From: Eledone cirrhosa
Lineage: Eukaryota
NCBI GenBank assembly: GCA_964016885.1
Contig: OZ024752.1
Span: 37,386,001 to 37,450,000 of the forward strand
Length of the DNA: 64,000 nucleotides
Direction of reading: 5' to 3'
The notes under the pieces are model-generated. The model worked only from the letters and a program-made list of their open reading frames with translations, made no database searches and was not told the DNA's origin. The position numbers were made by a program, and so were the translations under genes. Shown in pieces: positions 38,904-52,196 of the stretch; position 1 is the stretch's first letter; each line of letters starts with the position of its first letter.

Positions 38904-39716
38904 GATAAGTAAGAAGGGCAAGACTTAGAGGAGATAAGTAAGAAGGGCAAGACTTAGAGGAGATAAGTAAGAAGGGCAAGACTTAGAGGAGATAAGTAAG
39001 AAGGGCAAGACTTAGAGGAGATAAGTAAGAAGGGCAAGACTTAGAGGAGATAAGTAAGAAGGGCAAGACTTAGAGGAGATAAGTAAGAAGGGCAAGACTT
39101 AGAGGAGATAAGTAAGAAGGGCAAGACTTAGAGGAGATAAGTAAGAAGGGCAAGACTTAGAGGAGATAAGTAAGAAGGGCAAGACTTAGAGGAGATAAGT
39201 AAGAAGGGCAAGACTTAGAGGAGATAAGTAAGAAGGGCAAGACTTAGAGGAGATAAGTAAGAAGGGCAAGACTTAGAGGAGATAAGTAAGAAGGGCAAGA
39301 CTTAGAGGAGATAAGTAAGAAGGGCAAGACTTAGAGGAGATAAGTAAGAAGGGCAAGACTTAGAGGAGATAAGTAAGAAGGGCAAGACTTAGAGGAGATA
39401 AGTAAGAAGGGCAAGACTTAGAGGAGATAAGTAAGAAGGGCAAGACTTAGAGGAGATAAGTAAGAAGGGCAAGACTTAGAGGAGATAAGTAAGAAGGGCA
39501 AGACTTAGAGGAGATAAGTAAGAAGGGCAAGACTTAGAGGAGATAAGTAAGAAGGGCAAGACTTAGAGGAGATAAGTAAGAAGGGCAAGACTTAGAGGAG
39601 ATAAGTAAGAAGGGCAAGACTTAGAGGAGATAAGTAAGAAGGGCAAGACTTAGAGGAGATAAGTAAGAAGGGCAAGACTTAGAGGAGATAAGTAAGAAGG
39701 GCAAGACTTAGAGGAG
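38904..39716. repeat. Perfect 29-bp tandem repeat, about 28 units
   Basis: gataagtaagaagggcaagacttagagga with no spacers. Confidence 0.95.
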
Positions 39717-39759
39717 AAATTTATGTTTTGGGGAACTGAGTGTTAAAAACAAAATATAG

Positions 39760-40575
39760 GGTGAGGGGAATAGAGTGGAGTAGGAGTGGAAGGGTGTGGA
39801 GTGGTGTGGAGTGGGGTGGGAGGGGTGGAAGGGAGTGGGGTGTGGAAGGGAGTGGAGTGGTGGGGAGTAGAATGGGGTGGGAGGGTGTGGAATGGAGTGG
39901 GGTGGAAGGGAGTGGTGTTGAGTGGTGGGGAATGGAGTGGAGTGGAAGGGTGTGGAAAGGAGTGGAGTGGAGTGGAAGGGTGCGGGTGGAAGGGAGTGGT
40001 GTGGAGTGGAAAGGTGTTGAAGAGAGTGGAGTGGTGTGGAGTGGAGTAGAAGGGTGTGGAAGGGAGTGGAGTGGAGTGGTGTGGAAGGGAGTGGAGTGGA
40101 GTGGTGGGGAGTGGAGTGGAGTGGAAGGGTGTGGAAAGGAGTGGAGTGGAGTGGTGTGGAGGAGTGATGTGGAGTGGAGAGGAATAGAGTGGAGTGGTGT
40201 GGCATGGCATGGAGTGGAGAGGTGTGGCATGGAGTGGAGTGGAACAGAGTGGAGTGGAGGGGAGTGAAGTGAAGTGGAGTAGAGCGGGATGGCGTGGTAT
40301 GGTGTGTAGTGTAGTGTAGTGGCATGGCGTGACATAGAGTAGAGTGGCGGTGAGAGAAGGGGAGTGAAGTGAAGAGGAGTAGAGCAGAGTGGAGTGGCGT
40401 GGCACAGTGTGTAGCGTAGTGGAGTGAAGTGGCGTGGATTGGCGTAAAGTGGAGTGGAGTGGCATGGGGTGGAATGAGTGGAGTGGCGTAGTGTGTTGTG
40501 GAGTGGAGTGTCGAGGAGTGGAGTGGCGTAGAGTGGAGTGGCATGAAGTGGTGTGGATTAGAGTGAAGTGGAGTA
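39760..40575. repeat. (GGAGT/GGTGT)n degenerate pentamer repeat
   Basis: Direct inspection. Confidence 0.9.
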
Positions 40576-40623
40576 GGCAGAACTCTGTATATACTATTAT
40601 ACCAACCACAGAGAATTTCATTT

Positions 40624-40851
40624 TTAACCCTCTAGCATTCACATTACTCCATATATGCTATTATATTTTCAGGATAAATGCTTTACCTCGCATAAATATC
40701 TCACATAATATCGAATCTATGAGATTTTGAAGGTATTTATTTTGAAAACAATACCTTAACATCAGTTTGAGCGACCAGTTACAGCCAGTTTCAACAGAAA
40801 AAGGTAGAGAATTCTGGCCGGTTTTGGCCGGTTTGAACATTAAAGGGTTAA
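40624..40851. mobile_element. TTAA MITE, opposite orientation
   Basis: TTAA-ccc ... ggg-TTAA, same internal sequence. Confidence 0.85.
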
Positions 40852-40948
40852 ATATGACAAACATTGGCTTCAAGCATTATAGATCTCTAACAAAGTGAGT
40901 TTGTATATAGCATATGTTTTGCTTGCACTGGCTTCACAGATTTGTGTA

Positions 40949-40980
<32 letters not shown>

Positions 40981-41410
40981 GGTTTAGCGTCCGTGTTCCA
41001 CGCTTGCATGGGTTTGGACGGGGGTTTTCCCACTTGAGGCAAGAGTGGTTGTCTTGCTCGCATAGGACTGTCTGGCGGGTTTTCTACAGTTGGATGCCCT
41101 TCCTAACACCAACCACATTTACAGTGTGGGGCTGGGAGGTTTTTACCGTGTTGCCTACACGGCCACATTACAGCGTGGACTGTCTGGCGGGTTTTCTACA
41201 GCTGGATGCCCTTCCTAACACCAACCACATTTACAGTGTGGGGCTGGGAGGTTTTTACCGTGTTGCCTACACGGCCACATTTACAGCGTGGACTGTGTGT
41301 TTTTTGTACACGTAATGTAATTCTCAGGGAGATTCAGCATGACACAGTATGTGACAAAGCTGGCTCTTTGAATTACAATAACATATGAAGAATGTTATAA
41401 GCAAGGGTGT

Positions 41411-41639
41411 TTAACCCTTTAGCATTTAAACCAGCCATATCTGGCCAAAATTCTCTCACCTCTTTCTGTTAAAACCAGCTGTAACTGGCTGCTCATACTG
41501 ATGTTAAGGTATTATCATCATAATAAATAATATCAAAATCTCATAGATTCAATATTATGTGAGATAGTTATGTGAATTAAAGCCTTTACCATGAAAATAT
41601 AATTGTAAATATAGAGTAATGTAAATGCTAAAGGGTTAA
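41411..41639. mobile_element. TTAA-targeting (piggyBac-type) MITE
   Basis: TTAA-ccctttagcattta ... taaatgctaaaggg-TTAA. Confidence 0.85.
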
Positions 41640-42034
41640 TAATATATTATTAGATTAGCTAAGGTAACATTCTTTTATCTTAACAATTTTAATTTTCTTT
41701 CTAGTGCATTGTATGGTTTTCAAAATTATTTAAATTTGAGTTTCCCATTCAACAATGCTTCAAGCTAACTACAAACTCTGTTAATAATATATATTTGAAT
41801 GTGTTTTAATGGTATATTAGATGTGTATGTGTATATCTTTACTAATATATCACAATATTTTAGTGTATGTATAAATATATATATGTGTGTATGGTCCCGT
41901 CACTTTTGAGTGAGTTGTAGGGGTGGTGGTATTGACATACAGCATTTCTAGTGTATTTTAAAACCTAGTGTAAATATACGTATGTAGGTATGGTCCTGTC
42001 ATTCCCGAGGGAGGCATGGGGATGCCATAGTGAC

Positions 42035-42724
42035 ATATCTTCACGTCTCTAAAATTGTCAAGAGGGCCGAGGGTGTCTTAGCATCACTCAGCAAGACCTT
42101 TGTCAGCCGCTCTCCAGATATCTATTTCAGGCTGTACATGGCTATGGTGCGACCACACTTAGAATTTGCATCACCAGTCTGGAACCCCTATCTTGCTCAG
42201 AACATTGACCGCCTGGAAACTGTTCAGAGACGTGCAACCAAGCGAATACCCTCCATCAGGCATCTACCATACTCTGAGTGCCTTGCTTCCCTGGGCATGG
42301 ATACATTGACGCTCCGACGCCTGGCAACTGACAGGGTAAATACCCACAAAATTGTTAACCATGTTGCCAACAACAACCCTGAGTACCTTTTTGATTTCCA
42401 TGTGTCTAACACACGTGGACATGCCCACAAAGTCAGAAAACAGCACAGTTCCCATGACTTTCGGAAACATTTTTTCACGCTCAGAGTTGCTGAAGCATAG
42501 AACAAACTACCTGCATCAGTTGTTAGCTGTCGAGACACTGCATCCTTTAAGGCCTCCATGCTTCCCGAGATCCGCCAACGCTACAGCTAATGTTCCCCCT
42601 CCATACACATAAACACATGTATATCATGACACTATTCACTTCCCTGACATTTGTGTATTATTCTATGTACTATACATACACCTTTGATGAGTTGTAGTGC
42701 ACCTGAGCACTGTACAGAATAATT

Positions 42725-42763
<39 letters not shown>
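42035..42763 (+). mobile_element. CR1 LINE 3' fragment
   Basis: VRPHLEFASPVWNP, QRRATK, TRGHAHK; same 3'UTR and (ATT)n tail. Confidence 0.9.
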
Positions 42764-42767
<4 letters not shown>

Positions 42768-42970
42768 GCATTTCTAGTGCATGATGAGAACTACACCTCA
42801 TTTGGTCATTCCATGAGAGTATCTTGGTCGGCATATGAACTTTTCAGCCTACAACCCTCCTACATTATGTAATCTCCACTAAGAAATACAATACCAAGTC
42901 GGGAATATTTCTGTGACACAGTATTGTGTAATATTAAACTATTTTCAGAGAGAGATTCATATATATATAT

Positions 42971-43172
42971 ATTTTTTATTTTATAGAAGGAGCTTCTACA
43001 GGACTAGTACTGTTTCATTCAGATGAGATCTTCAAGAAGCTTCCTGAAGATTTCATCTGAATGAAACAGTACTAGTCTTGTAGAAGCTCCTTCTATAAAA
43101 TAAAAAATGTTTACTCTGCCATGTATTGAGTACCTTACTTACTGTGGTTATCCCCGACTCAACCCGGGACCT
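42971..43172 (+). mobile_element. Fold-back element family 2 (probable Penelope-like pLTR remnant)
   Basis: Palindrome 42971-43108 centred on gaagcttc, plus asymmetric tail (gtattgagtaccttacttactgtg); (TA)n flanks. Confidence 0.65.
43034..43092 (+). ncRNA. Type I hammerhead motif, family 2
   Basis: aagaagcttc-CTGAAGA-tttc(atct)gaat-GAAA-cag(tactagtc)ttg-TA-gaagctcctt; GUA triplet; stem I 9 of 10 pairs. U-U at the base of stem II is non-canonical. Confidence 0.65.
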
Positions 43173-43234
43173 ACGTATATATATATATATATATATATTC
43201 TTTCTCTCTCTGTTGTGTCTTTGTAATCTCTCAG

Positions 43235-43328
<94 letters not shown>

Positions 43329-43548
43329 GAAAACAGGGAGAAAGAGACTATTATTAGGAAGAAAAATATATTTTTTTCCTTTTATATATATATATATATA
43401 TGTGTGTGTCTGAGAGATTACAAAGACACAATAGAGAGAGAAAGAATATATATAAATATATATATATATGTATGTATGTATGTATATATATATAGTTGCC
43501 CCTACATCTCTATCAGGAGTTACAGAACCATACATACATACATACGTG

Positions 43549-43617
<69 letters not shown>

Positions 43618-44969
43618 ATACTTGTTTATATATATATATATATATTGTTATATTTGTTTTGACACACGATTTCATATACAAAAACCTTGCAAAACTATAT
43701 ATATATATATACATACATACATATTCTCTCTCTGGTGTCTTTGTAACCTCTCAGACATATATATACCATCTATCAATCTCTTTCCATGGTATCTTTGTAA
43801 TTTATTTTGTACAGAGAATAAGTCTAATAGAAATTGTGCTGTAACTTTCATAAGTGCAAAGGTCATTTGATAGACATATGGAAAATATGTTATTAGTTTA
43901 CAGTTAGGATTTATAAAACATTTGAAATTATCAAGAGGGTGTGCAGAAATTTATTAATTTAGCAGAAAAATATTCCCTAGAGCCAGAAAGTAAAAAAGTT
44001 TCTTTAACAGATATTTTTTCACTTAGTCGGAATATTATTCCCAAGGCATGTTTTTTAATTAATTTTTGACACTTTAACACAACTTATTCTTAAGATATAA
44101 ACATAAATTGGAATCTAATAGTAATTACTAATGAGAAACATATTAATTACCAAAACTCGTTTTTTTTTGTTTTTTTTCGTATTTCGTATTTGTTTGATCT
44201 GGAGTAAAGGGTTGCACTTATGCCCTTCATGGGTCATTTGAAATTTGTGAGATCAATACCCTTAAACCTTTCATGATCATATTTCTAATGACATACACTG
44301 TATTTCAATTAATTAAAGGGGAATTTGGAGGAATATCTATCTCTCTCTCGGTTAATCTATCGACAAGATCCGAGACTTCAAGATGGAGCTTGTCAAATTA
44401 GATCAAGGAAACAATGTTTGCATTGGTCTTTCTATTGCTGATACTATCTAGAATTTGCAACTCTTGGTAGACAGAGCAGTGTGAAATAAACTGTCTTTGT
44501 CTTGCTCCAGAGCATAACACACCACCTGGTCTGGGAATCGAACTCACAACCTCACGATTATGAATCCAATTATCTAACCACTAAGCTTCTTGCCTTCACT
44601 TGGAAGGATTTACTAAAATTATTTATTAATTTTATTTAAATTGGAACCCTTTATAAAGGGAGGTTTTGTTTCATAGAACCAGAGGCAGTTTGGGTGCAGG
44701 TTGGTGTCAAATGGATTAATGTTCCTCTCAAACAGTTACAAATTGAATATTAAATAGCATGAAGCAGCAGGGTGTAACTGCTTTTTAAACACACCCAGTA
44801 CACTCTGTAAAGTAGTTGGTGATAAATGCAGATGGTTGAAATTCATGCTACACAAACACACACACACTGTTTCTGAAAATGAATGAGCTGCAGTAACTAT
44901 GGACATGATGTCCACAACAAAACACTCAGATATTATTGTTTAAAATTAACCCTTTAGCATTTAAACCGG

Positions 44970-45182
44970 TGTTTACCAAGTCAGTTGCCAGACGTCGGAA
45001 CTTCAATGTCTCCATGCCCAGGGAAGCAAGATGTTCAGAGTATGGTAGATGCCTGATGGAGGGCATTTGCTTGGTTGCATGTCTCTGAACAATTTCCAGG
45101 CGTCAATGTTCTGAGCAAGATAGGGGTTCCAGACTGGTGATGCAAATTCTAAGTGTGGCTGCACCATAGCTATATACAGCTT
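44970..45182 (-). mobile_element. Internal CR1 fragment
   Basis: Reverse complement of the HLEFASPVWNP region. Confidence 0.8.
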
Positions 45183-45270
45183 TTTGTATGGGTACTTTAA
45201 GAATGTTTTGCTAATGTGGTTTCATGTGGTACAGAATGTTAAGAGTTAACTACTAAGTCTAAGAAATGTC

Positions 45271-45753
45271 TACAAGGGTGGGTTGAAAGGTTCATAGGCT
45301 GACTATGAAGGAGTGATGCTAGAGCTGTGAAATCTTGCATGCATTAATTTCAACTCTTCTTCTTAATAACTACAATGTTTCTTTCCAAGGGACTATGTTG
45401 AAAAATAAACCTAATTTGGTCATTCCATGAGAGTATCTTGGTCAGCCTATAAAGGAGTGACACTAGAGTTGTAAAATCTTGCATGTATTAATTTCAACTC
45501 TTCTTAACTGCATTGTGTCTTTCCAGGGGACTATATTGAAAAATAAATCTCATTTGGTCATTCCAGGAGAGTATCTTGGTCAGCTTCTGAAGGATTGATG
45601 CTAGAGCTGTGAAATCTTGTATGCATTAATTTCAACTCTTCTTATTAATAACTACATTGTGTCTTTCCAGGGGACTATGTTGAAAAATAAACCTCATTTG
45701 GTCATTCCAGGAGAGTATCTTGGTCAGCCTATGAACTTTTCAGTTGACCCTCC
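45271..45753. mobile_element. Mariner-type MITE with internal tandem duplications; other copies at 47332-47512, 60225-60540 (with a SINE A insert), 62402-62697 and partial 42795-42862
   Basis: TIR ta-cgagggtcggctgaaaagttcataggctgac and its complement; TA ends. Confidence 0.8.
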
Positions 45754-45865
45754 TAATTTCAACTCTTCTTCTTATTAATAACTGCATTGTTTCTTTCCAG
45801 GTAAACTGACACCTGACTGTTCAAAGAAGACTTCAAAAGTAACTAGTAGCGACTTCACTTGAAAA

Positions 45866-45947
45866 ATGGACAAAATTTGGCATCACGGTGTTATCAAGTA
45901 CCTGCAAGAAAAAGGGGTTAGCCTCCAAAGACACTCATGCTGATATG
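45866..45947 (+). pseudogene. Mariner transposase N-terminal fragment
   Basis: MDKIWHHGVIKYLQEKG/LASKDTHADM with one frameshift; resembles the mariner N-terminal HTH start and follows MITE-homologous leader sequence. Confidence 0.6.
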
Positions 45948-46009
45948 ACCAGACTTAATTGACCCTATGGTCATGAATCTAGGGTCATGACTGAAAGAAT
46001 ACAATTGCA

Positions 46010-46280
46010 AAGAAGAAGAAGGAAAAGAAGAAGGAAAAGGAGAAGGAGGGGTGGGAGGGAGGGAGGGGGGGGGGGAGAAGAAGGAAAAGAAGAAGGAAAA
46101 GGAGGAGAAGGGTGGGGGGGAGAAGAAGAAGAAGAAGAAGAAGAAGAAGAAGAAGAAGAAGAAGGAAAAGGAGAAGGGGGTGGGAGGGGGAGGGGGAGGA
46201 AGAGAAGAAGAAGAAGAAGAAGAAGAAGAAGAAGAAGAAGAAGAAGAAGAAGAAGAGGAGGAGGAGGAAGAAGAAGAAGA
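46010..46280. repeat. Polypurine (GAA/GGA)n tract
   Basis: Direct inspection. Confidence 0.9.
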
Positions 46281-46860
46281 CTTCCCACGAGAAACAATGG
46301 TATTATCACATAGAATGAAGGGAAAGGGTTACTAAACCATTTATTTCAAACTACTGTGAATAAACAATATGGAGAGTTTACATAGAATCACTGTCTATTT
46401 CTTATAACATTCTCTCTGTACAAGAGAAACATTTATTTATTGATCTGAGCTGCATCAACACATTTAAATTGTGATTTGGAGTATGTCAACAGATTTAAAT
46501 TGAGTTTTCATTGAAGATAGATTGAACATTAAGAGTGGTTGTTTGATGGGACAATAAAATGACAGAAAATTCTTTGAGAAGCAGTCAGAAGAGCAGTCCG
46601 TCTGACATTGAGCTAAATATAGCTTGAACTTAATTCTCTGAGACAATATGAAATAATTAGCTATTCAACTCAATGAGACTAGAGAGGAAAAATATTGATT
46701 TTTTTTTTTGTTTTATTTTGTTTTGTTTGTCTCCAACTTTTAAGTATTAGTTGCAGCTAAGTTTCTGGCTTAAGAAATTTTTTTTTTTTTTTGGTTCTCT
46801 GTCCTCTCCCCCCATTCAAGAAATTCCCAAATTTACATAATACCGGGTGTTATAAATAAT

Positions 46861-47270
46861 TGTTTCTACTTTTGGCACAAGGCCAGCAATTATCTCAGTG
46901 CTTTATTTGATCGACCCCGTAAGGATGAAAGGCAAAGTTAACCTCGGTGGGATTTGAACTCAGACCATAAAGGGCCGTAACTCTTTGCGCTGCAAAGAAT
47001 GGCGTCAGACCCTCTACCGATACTGTCAATCCACTGCCCTTTCGGGTGTTATAAATAATACTAGTATTATTATTATTGAAGGGCGGTGGATTGGCAGTAT
47101 CGGTGGAGGGCCGGACACCATGCTTTGATGTATAGAGTTACGGCCCTTGCCATTCTGAGTTCAAATCCCGCCGAGGTTAACTTTGCCTTTCATCCATACG
47201 GGGGTCGATAAAATAAAGTACCAGTAATACACTGGGTAATTGCTGGCCTTGAGCCTAAAGTAGAAACAAT
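46861..47270. mobile_element. Head-to-head pair of SINE A (46861-47040 minus, 47081-47270 plus)
   Basis: TSDs cgggtgttataaataat and attattattattgaa respectively. Confidence 0.9.
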
Positions 47271-47594
47271 TATTATTATTGAATTTAGGTTGTTTTACAG
47301 TAATGGATAACCTAGAATTGGATGTTAATAATACAAGGGTCAGTTGAAAAGTTCATAGGCTGACCAAGATACTCTCATGGAATGACTAAATGAGGTTTAT
47401 TTTTCAACATAGTCCCCTGGTAAGAAACAATGCCGTTATTAATAAGAAGAGTTGAAACTAATGCATACCAGATTTCACAGCACTAGCATCACTCCTTTAT
47501 AGTCAGCCTATGTTCAATTTCTTTAAATCTTTTCATTACAATATTTCTAATAAAAGACAATACCAATGATTTTCAAACAACTTTTCGAAATAAT

Positions 47595-47704
47595 TGTTTC
47601 TACTTTAGGCACAAGGCCAGCAATTAACCAGTACATTACTGGTACTTTATTTTATCGACCCCGTAAGGATGAAAGGCAAAGTTAACCTCGGCGGGATTTG
47701 AACT
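47595..47704 (-). mobile_element. 5'-truncated SINE A with TSD
   Basis: aacttttcgaaataat duplicated on both sides. Confidence 0.85.
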
Positions 47705-49254
47705 TTTCGAAATAATCAAGATTTTTGATGGTTTAGTAATGTAACCACCACCATCATCATCATCATCGTTTTATGTCCGTTCTTCCACACTAGCATGGGT
47801 AAGACGGGTTGTCCTGTTGTGGGCAGTGTCTGGTCGGCTGACCATGCCTTGCTCATACGGGAACTGATTCTGGCTTGATTTCTACAGCTGGATGCCCTTC
47901 CTAACACCAACCTCATTTACAGTGAGTGCTGGGTGCTTTTTTCCATGATACCTCCACGACCACTTTGCAGGGGGAGGGTATGGGGGCATATTCTCTATAT
48001 GCTTCAGCTTCGGCTTGTTCTTGTGGGGGGTCGGGTCTTCTGTATTACTGTGACGCCAGAGGTCACGGTCGCGATCGCGTGTCATTGCACCATATATACT
48101 CAAATATAAGCCAAGAAATATGTGACAAAAAAATCAATGGTAAGATGAGAGGGGGTTAACATATATATGCCATCTAAACAATGTGTTGATTAGCTGCCTC
48201 GGCTTATAAATGGGATTTGGATTTTTCCCATTTCTCAGACATAAAATAAGGTGTCAGCTAATATTTGAATATCTAAGTACAAAGCGAAACCTACAGTCAG
48301 TAGGCACCTCTAACAAAAATACACCCCCGTCCCACCACCCCCACCCCATCCACACCACCCCTTTCGATGTAAATCTATGTTGGTACCACAACATCCAGTC
48401 CAAAATAAATGAGGTTGTGTAGGTGTCACGACAAAAAAACACAGTCCACGCTGTAATGTGGCCGTGTAGGTAACACGGTAAAAACCTCCCAGCCCCACAC
48501 TGTAAATGTGGTTGGTGTTAGGAAGGGCATCCAGCCGTAGACAACCCGCCAGACAGTCCTATACGAGCAAGACAACCAATCTTGCCTCAAGTGGGAAAAT
48601 TCCCTTCCAAACCCATGCAAGCGTGGAAGGTGAACGTTAAACGATGATGATGATGATGATGATGATATGGTAACTCTAATTATTTAACTGGTGTTTGGAG
48701 CTTAACTTAAGGGTTCTTACAAAGAATTATGATGGAAGGCTTTTAGATAAATGTAAATGCTTTAGCATAAACAGCTTTGTATTGTAGAACCAGGGGCAGT
48801 TTCATGTGGTTTGGTGCCCAGAAGGTTAAAGAGAATGTTTGAACATATATACACTACAAAGGCTCTGTATTTTTATTCACTTTCATGTAATAGTTGGCAA
48901 CATACAGTGTAATGGTTGGCAACATACAGTGCTGAAGAAGACCTACCCACCTGTATAAGGATAATGAACACAATAAAATGGTGGAAGTTTGAGGTTGGGA
49001 GGTGGGATATATTTACATTTGTGTCTCTTGCCAACTGTGTTACAGTTTCTTCTCTATCTGCGGCTCCCTGTATTCATTGCTTTGATAACCTCTTATCTCT
49101 ATGGCTCTCTCACACTCCACTAGTCACTAAACAATGCTCCTTATGTATCTAAGAATAGCATTGGATCTATCTCTCTCTGACTCTCTCTCACTCATCCTCT
49201 TTCCACAGACCATCTCTTGGTTAACTTTGACTTTCATCCATTCCAGGTATATAA

Positions 49255-49831
49255 TTCGCATCATCAGTCTGGAACCCCTATCTTGCTCAGAACATTGACC
49301 TCCTGGAAACTGTTCAGAGACATGCAACCAAGTGCATACCCTCCATCAGACACCTACCATACTCTGAACGCCTTGCTTCCCTGGGCATGGATTCATTGAA
49401 GCTCCGACGTCTGGCAATGGACTTGGTAAATATCCACAAAGTTATTAACCATCTCGCCAATTGCAACCCTGAGCACCTTTTTGATCTCCATGTGTCTAAC
49501 ACACGTGGACATGCCTAAAAATCAGAAAACAGCACAGCTCCCATGACTTTCGTAGATATTTTTTCACACTCAGAGTTGCTGAAGCATGGAACAAACTGCC
49601 TGCATCAGTTGTTAGCTGCTGAGACACTGCATTTTTTAAGACACTCATGCTTCCCGAAATACGCCAAAACTACACCTGATGTACCCTTTCACATGCACAC
49701 ATGTGTATATCATGACTCATGCACTGTTCATTTTCCTGATGTTTGTACATTACCCTATGTACTATACATACACTTTTTGATGAGTTGTAGTGCACCTGAG
49801 CACTGTACACAATATTTCATTATTATTATTA
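49255..49831 (+). mobile_element. CR1 LINE 3' fragment inserted in a SINE
   Basis: Homologous to the 3' part of 54219-55555. Confidence 0.9.
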
Positions 49832-50036
49832 TAAAAAAAAGTACCAGTCAAGTACTGGGGTCAATTCTTCCTCTATATCTCTTTCTCACTTCCTTTCTCT
49901 CACTCTCAAGTCTTCTCAGGAAGAAATCTGTTGTATTCAGACCTGGAGAGGGATGAGCTCCGCTAGACTTAAAATTGCCTCCAAAATGCCATATGCCACT
50001 ACAGTGCCCCTATGATTGCATCAGAAATTATGGGAT

Positions 50037-50265
50037 CACACCACACCACACCCCACCCCACCATGCCACAACATACTATAACTCACCACACCACAACACA
50101 CAACATACCATACCACAGCATACCACAATACACCACACACCACCACAACACATACCATACAATACCATACCACAACACACCACACCACACAACACCACAA
50201 CGCACCACAACATAGCACACACACCACACCACACCACCACACAACACAACATGCCATACAACACT
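50037..50265. repeat. (CACCA)n degenerate pentamer repeat
   Basis: Direct inspection. Confidence 0.85.
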
Positions 50266-51777
50266 ATCATTGCTTTTCTTGCAGTTTCACTTGTTATATT
50301 TTATTCAATCTGAAAGCCAGACAACCTAATTATAATATTAATTATGAATTGCCAAGAGAACTAATCAGACTACCTAATAAGAAGAATTTATCTAAGTAAC
50401 AACACTTTATTAAATGAACAATTAACATTGATTAACTGGATTGGAATTCTCAAATATGAAGACCAGTGGCTTCGTGGGAAGAGAGTTGAATTTGCAATCT
50501 TGAGATTGTGAGTTTGATCGCCTGACCAGGAGATGCATTATGTCCTTGAGCAAGACATTTTATTTCATGTTGCTCTTTCAGCCAGGAGTTACGACCAGTA
50601 GATAGTATCAGCAATGGAAAACCAATGACCAATGGAAACATTGTCTCCTTGGTTTGATTTGACGAGTTCCACCTACCTTGGTAAGCGAGTGAGGTAGGAT
50701 CTTGTCAATTGTTCTCTTCCATATCTATATTACAACTTGTAATCAACGTCTTCTAAACCTCCCAGTCTGGAAATAATACTGGTTATAATGGCCAGGGTCA
50801 ATAAAATAAAGTACCAGTAATGCACTGGGTAATTGCTGGCCTTGTGCCAAAAGTAGAAACAATTATTATTATTCATGATTTTTTTTTTTATCAGAAACCG
50901 AATGCCCTAATGGTTAGAATACATGGCGCACGATCGTAATGTCATCGGTTCGATGCTTGGGCAAAGTGCTGCGTTGTGTTCTTGAGCAAAACACCTTTAT
51001 TTCACGTCATCTACAGTACACTCAGCTGAGAGTGCGCACCAGCATTAGCTGGGAGAGTTAATTCTGCGATAGACCAGAGTCCTGTCCAGGGAGACTTTTA
51101 TACTCTTGGTTATTTAACGCCACGGAAACCGGCGATAATCACTGCCCTGATCAGCCATCAGCTTAGAACAGATTTTAGCTTTTTTCGGGACGAATAACGT
51201 CGGAACGGAATCTATTGTAAAATTAATGGGGTTTTTTTGTGGAGGCAGTGATAAAGAATAGGGAGTGATGATAGATTAGGAAGATAATATTTGTTTTATC
51301 ATATATCACAGGAGTTATTTCACAATTTTTAATTTCATTTTACTACATTGGAACGCTAAAAAAATGTTCAGGTAAAAAAAATTTCAGTGATTTAACATGG
51401 AAGAGTTGTTTCCCTTATATGCACTTTTTTTTTAAAAAATCTATATAGCTTACTGCTTAGGGTATTCGACTCAAAGTCATAAGGTCGTTAGTTCGATTCC
51501 AAGAGACTCGTTGTGTCCTTGAGCAACACATTTTTTTTTCATGTTGCTGCAGTCATTCCACCTGTAATTCGAAGGGACTAACTTTGTTATATTCTGTTTC
51601 TATATCACACTAAATCTTCCTGAGAACTACATTAAGAAAAAGAACATACGTGCCTGTGGAATGCTCTTGATACTTGATGTTAATTTCATGAGCAGGATGT
51701 TCTGCTGATCGTATCAACTAGAAAACTCATCGTCGTAACCGACGGAGTACCAATAATATATATATATATATATTTAT

Positions 51778-52196
51778 GCAAAAGTTCTATTTAAATTGTT
51801 GTGATACAACAAGCAAATATTTTTATAACTGATATAAAGCACTCAACAAGTATTTGGAGTAAATATACGATATTAACAAATGGAAACTATATTTATAAAA
51901 CCATATTTATTTTATTATACATATTTCAAGGACACCAAGTTAAATTATGGTGTGCTTTCATCAGACAAAATAAAATATAGATCAGTTTTATAAATAAATA
52001 TTGACATACCCTTAAAAAATGCAACCATTACTATCCGGGAGCTTCCAACAGTAATGATTGCATTTTTTAAGGGTATGTCAATATTTATTTATAAAACTGA
52101 TCTATATTGTATTTTATCTGATGAAAGCACACCATAATTTAACGTGGTGTCCTTGAAATAAATATGGTTTTATAAATATAGTTTCCATTTGTTAAT

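Noticed and set aside
38904-39716. CRISPR-like 29-bp repeats
   Set aside because: No spacers, no cas genes, eukaryotic context.
45971-46335. Arg/Glu/Lys-rich ORFs
   Set aside because: Polypurine simple repeat.
47081-47175. tRNA genes
   Set aside because: A/B boxes belong to SINE heads with body, tail and TSD; no convincing cloverleaf.
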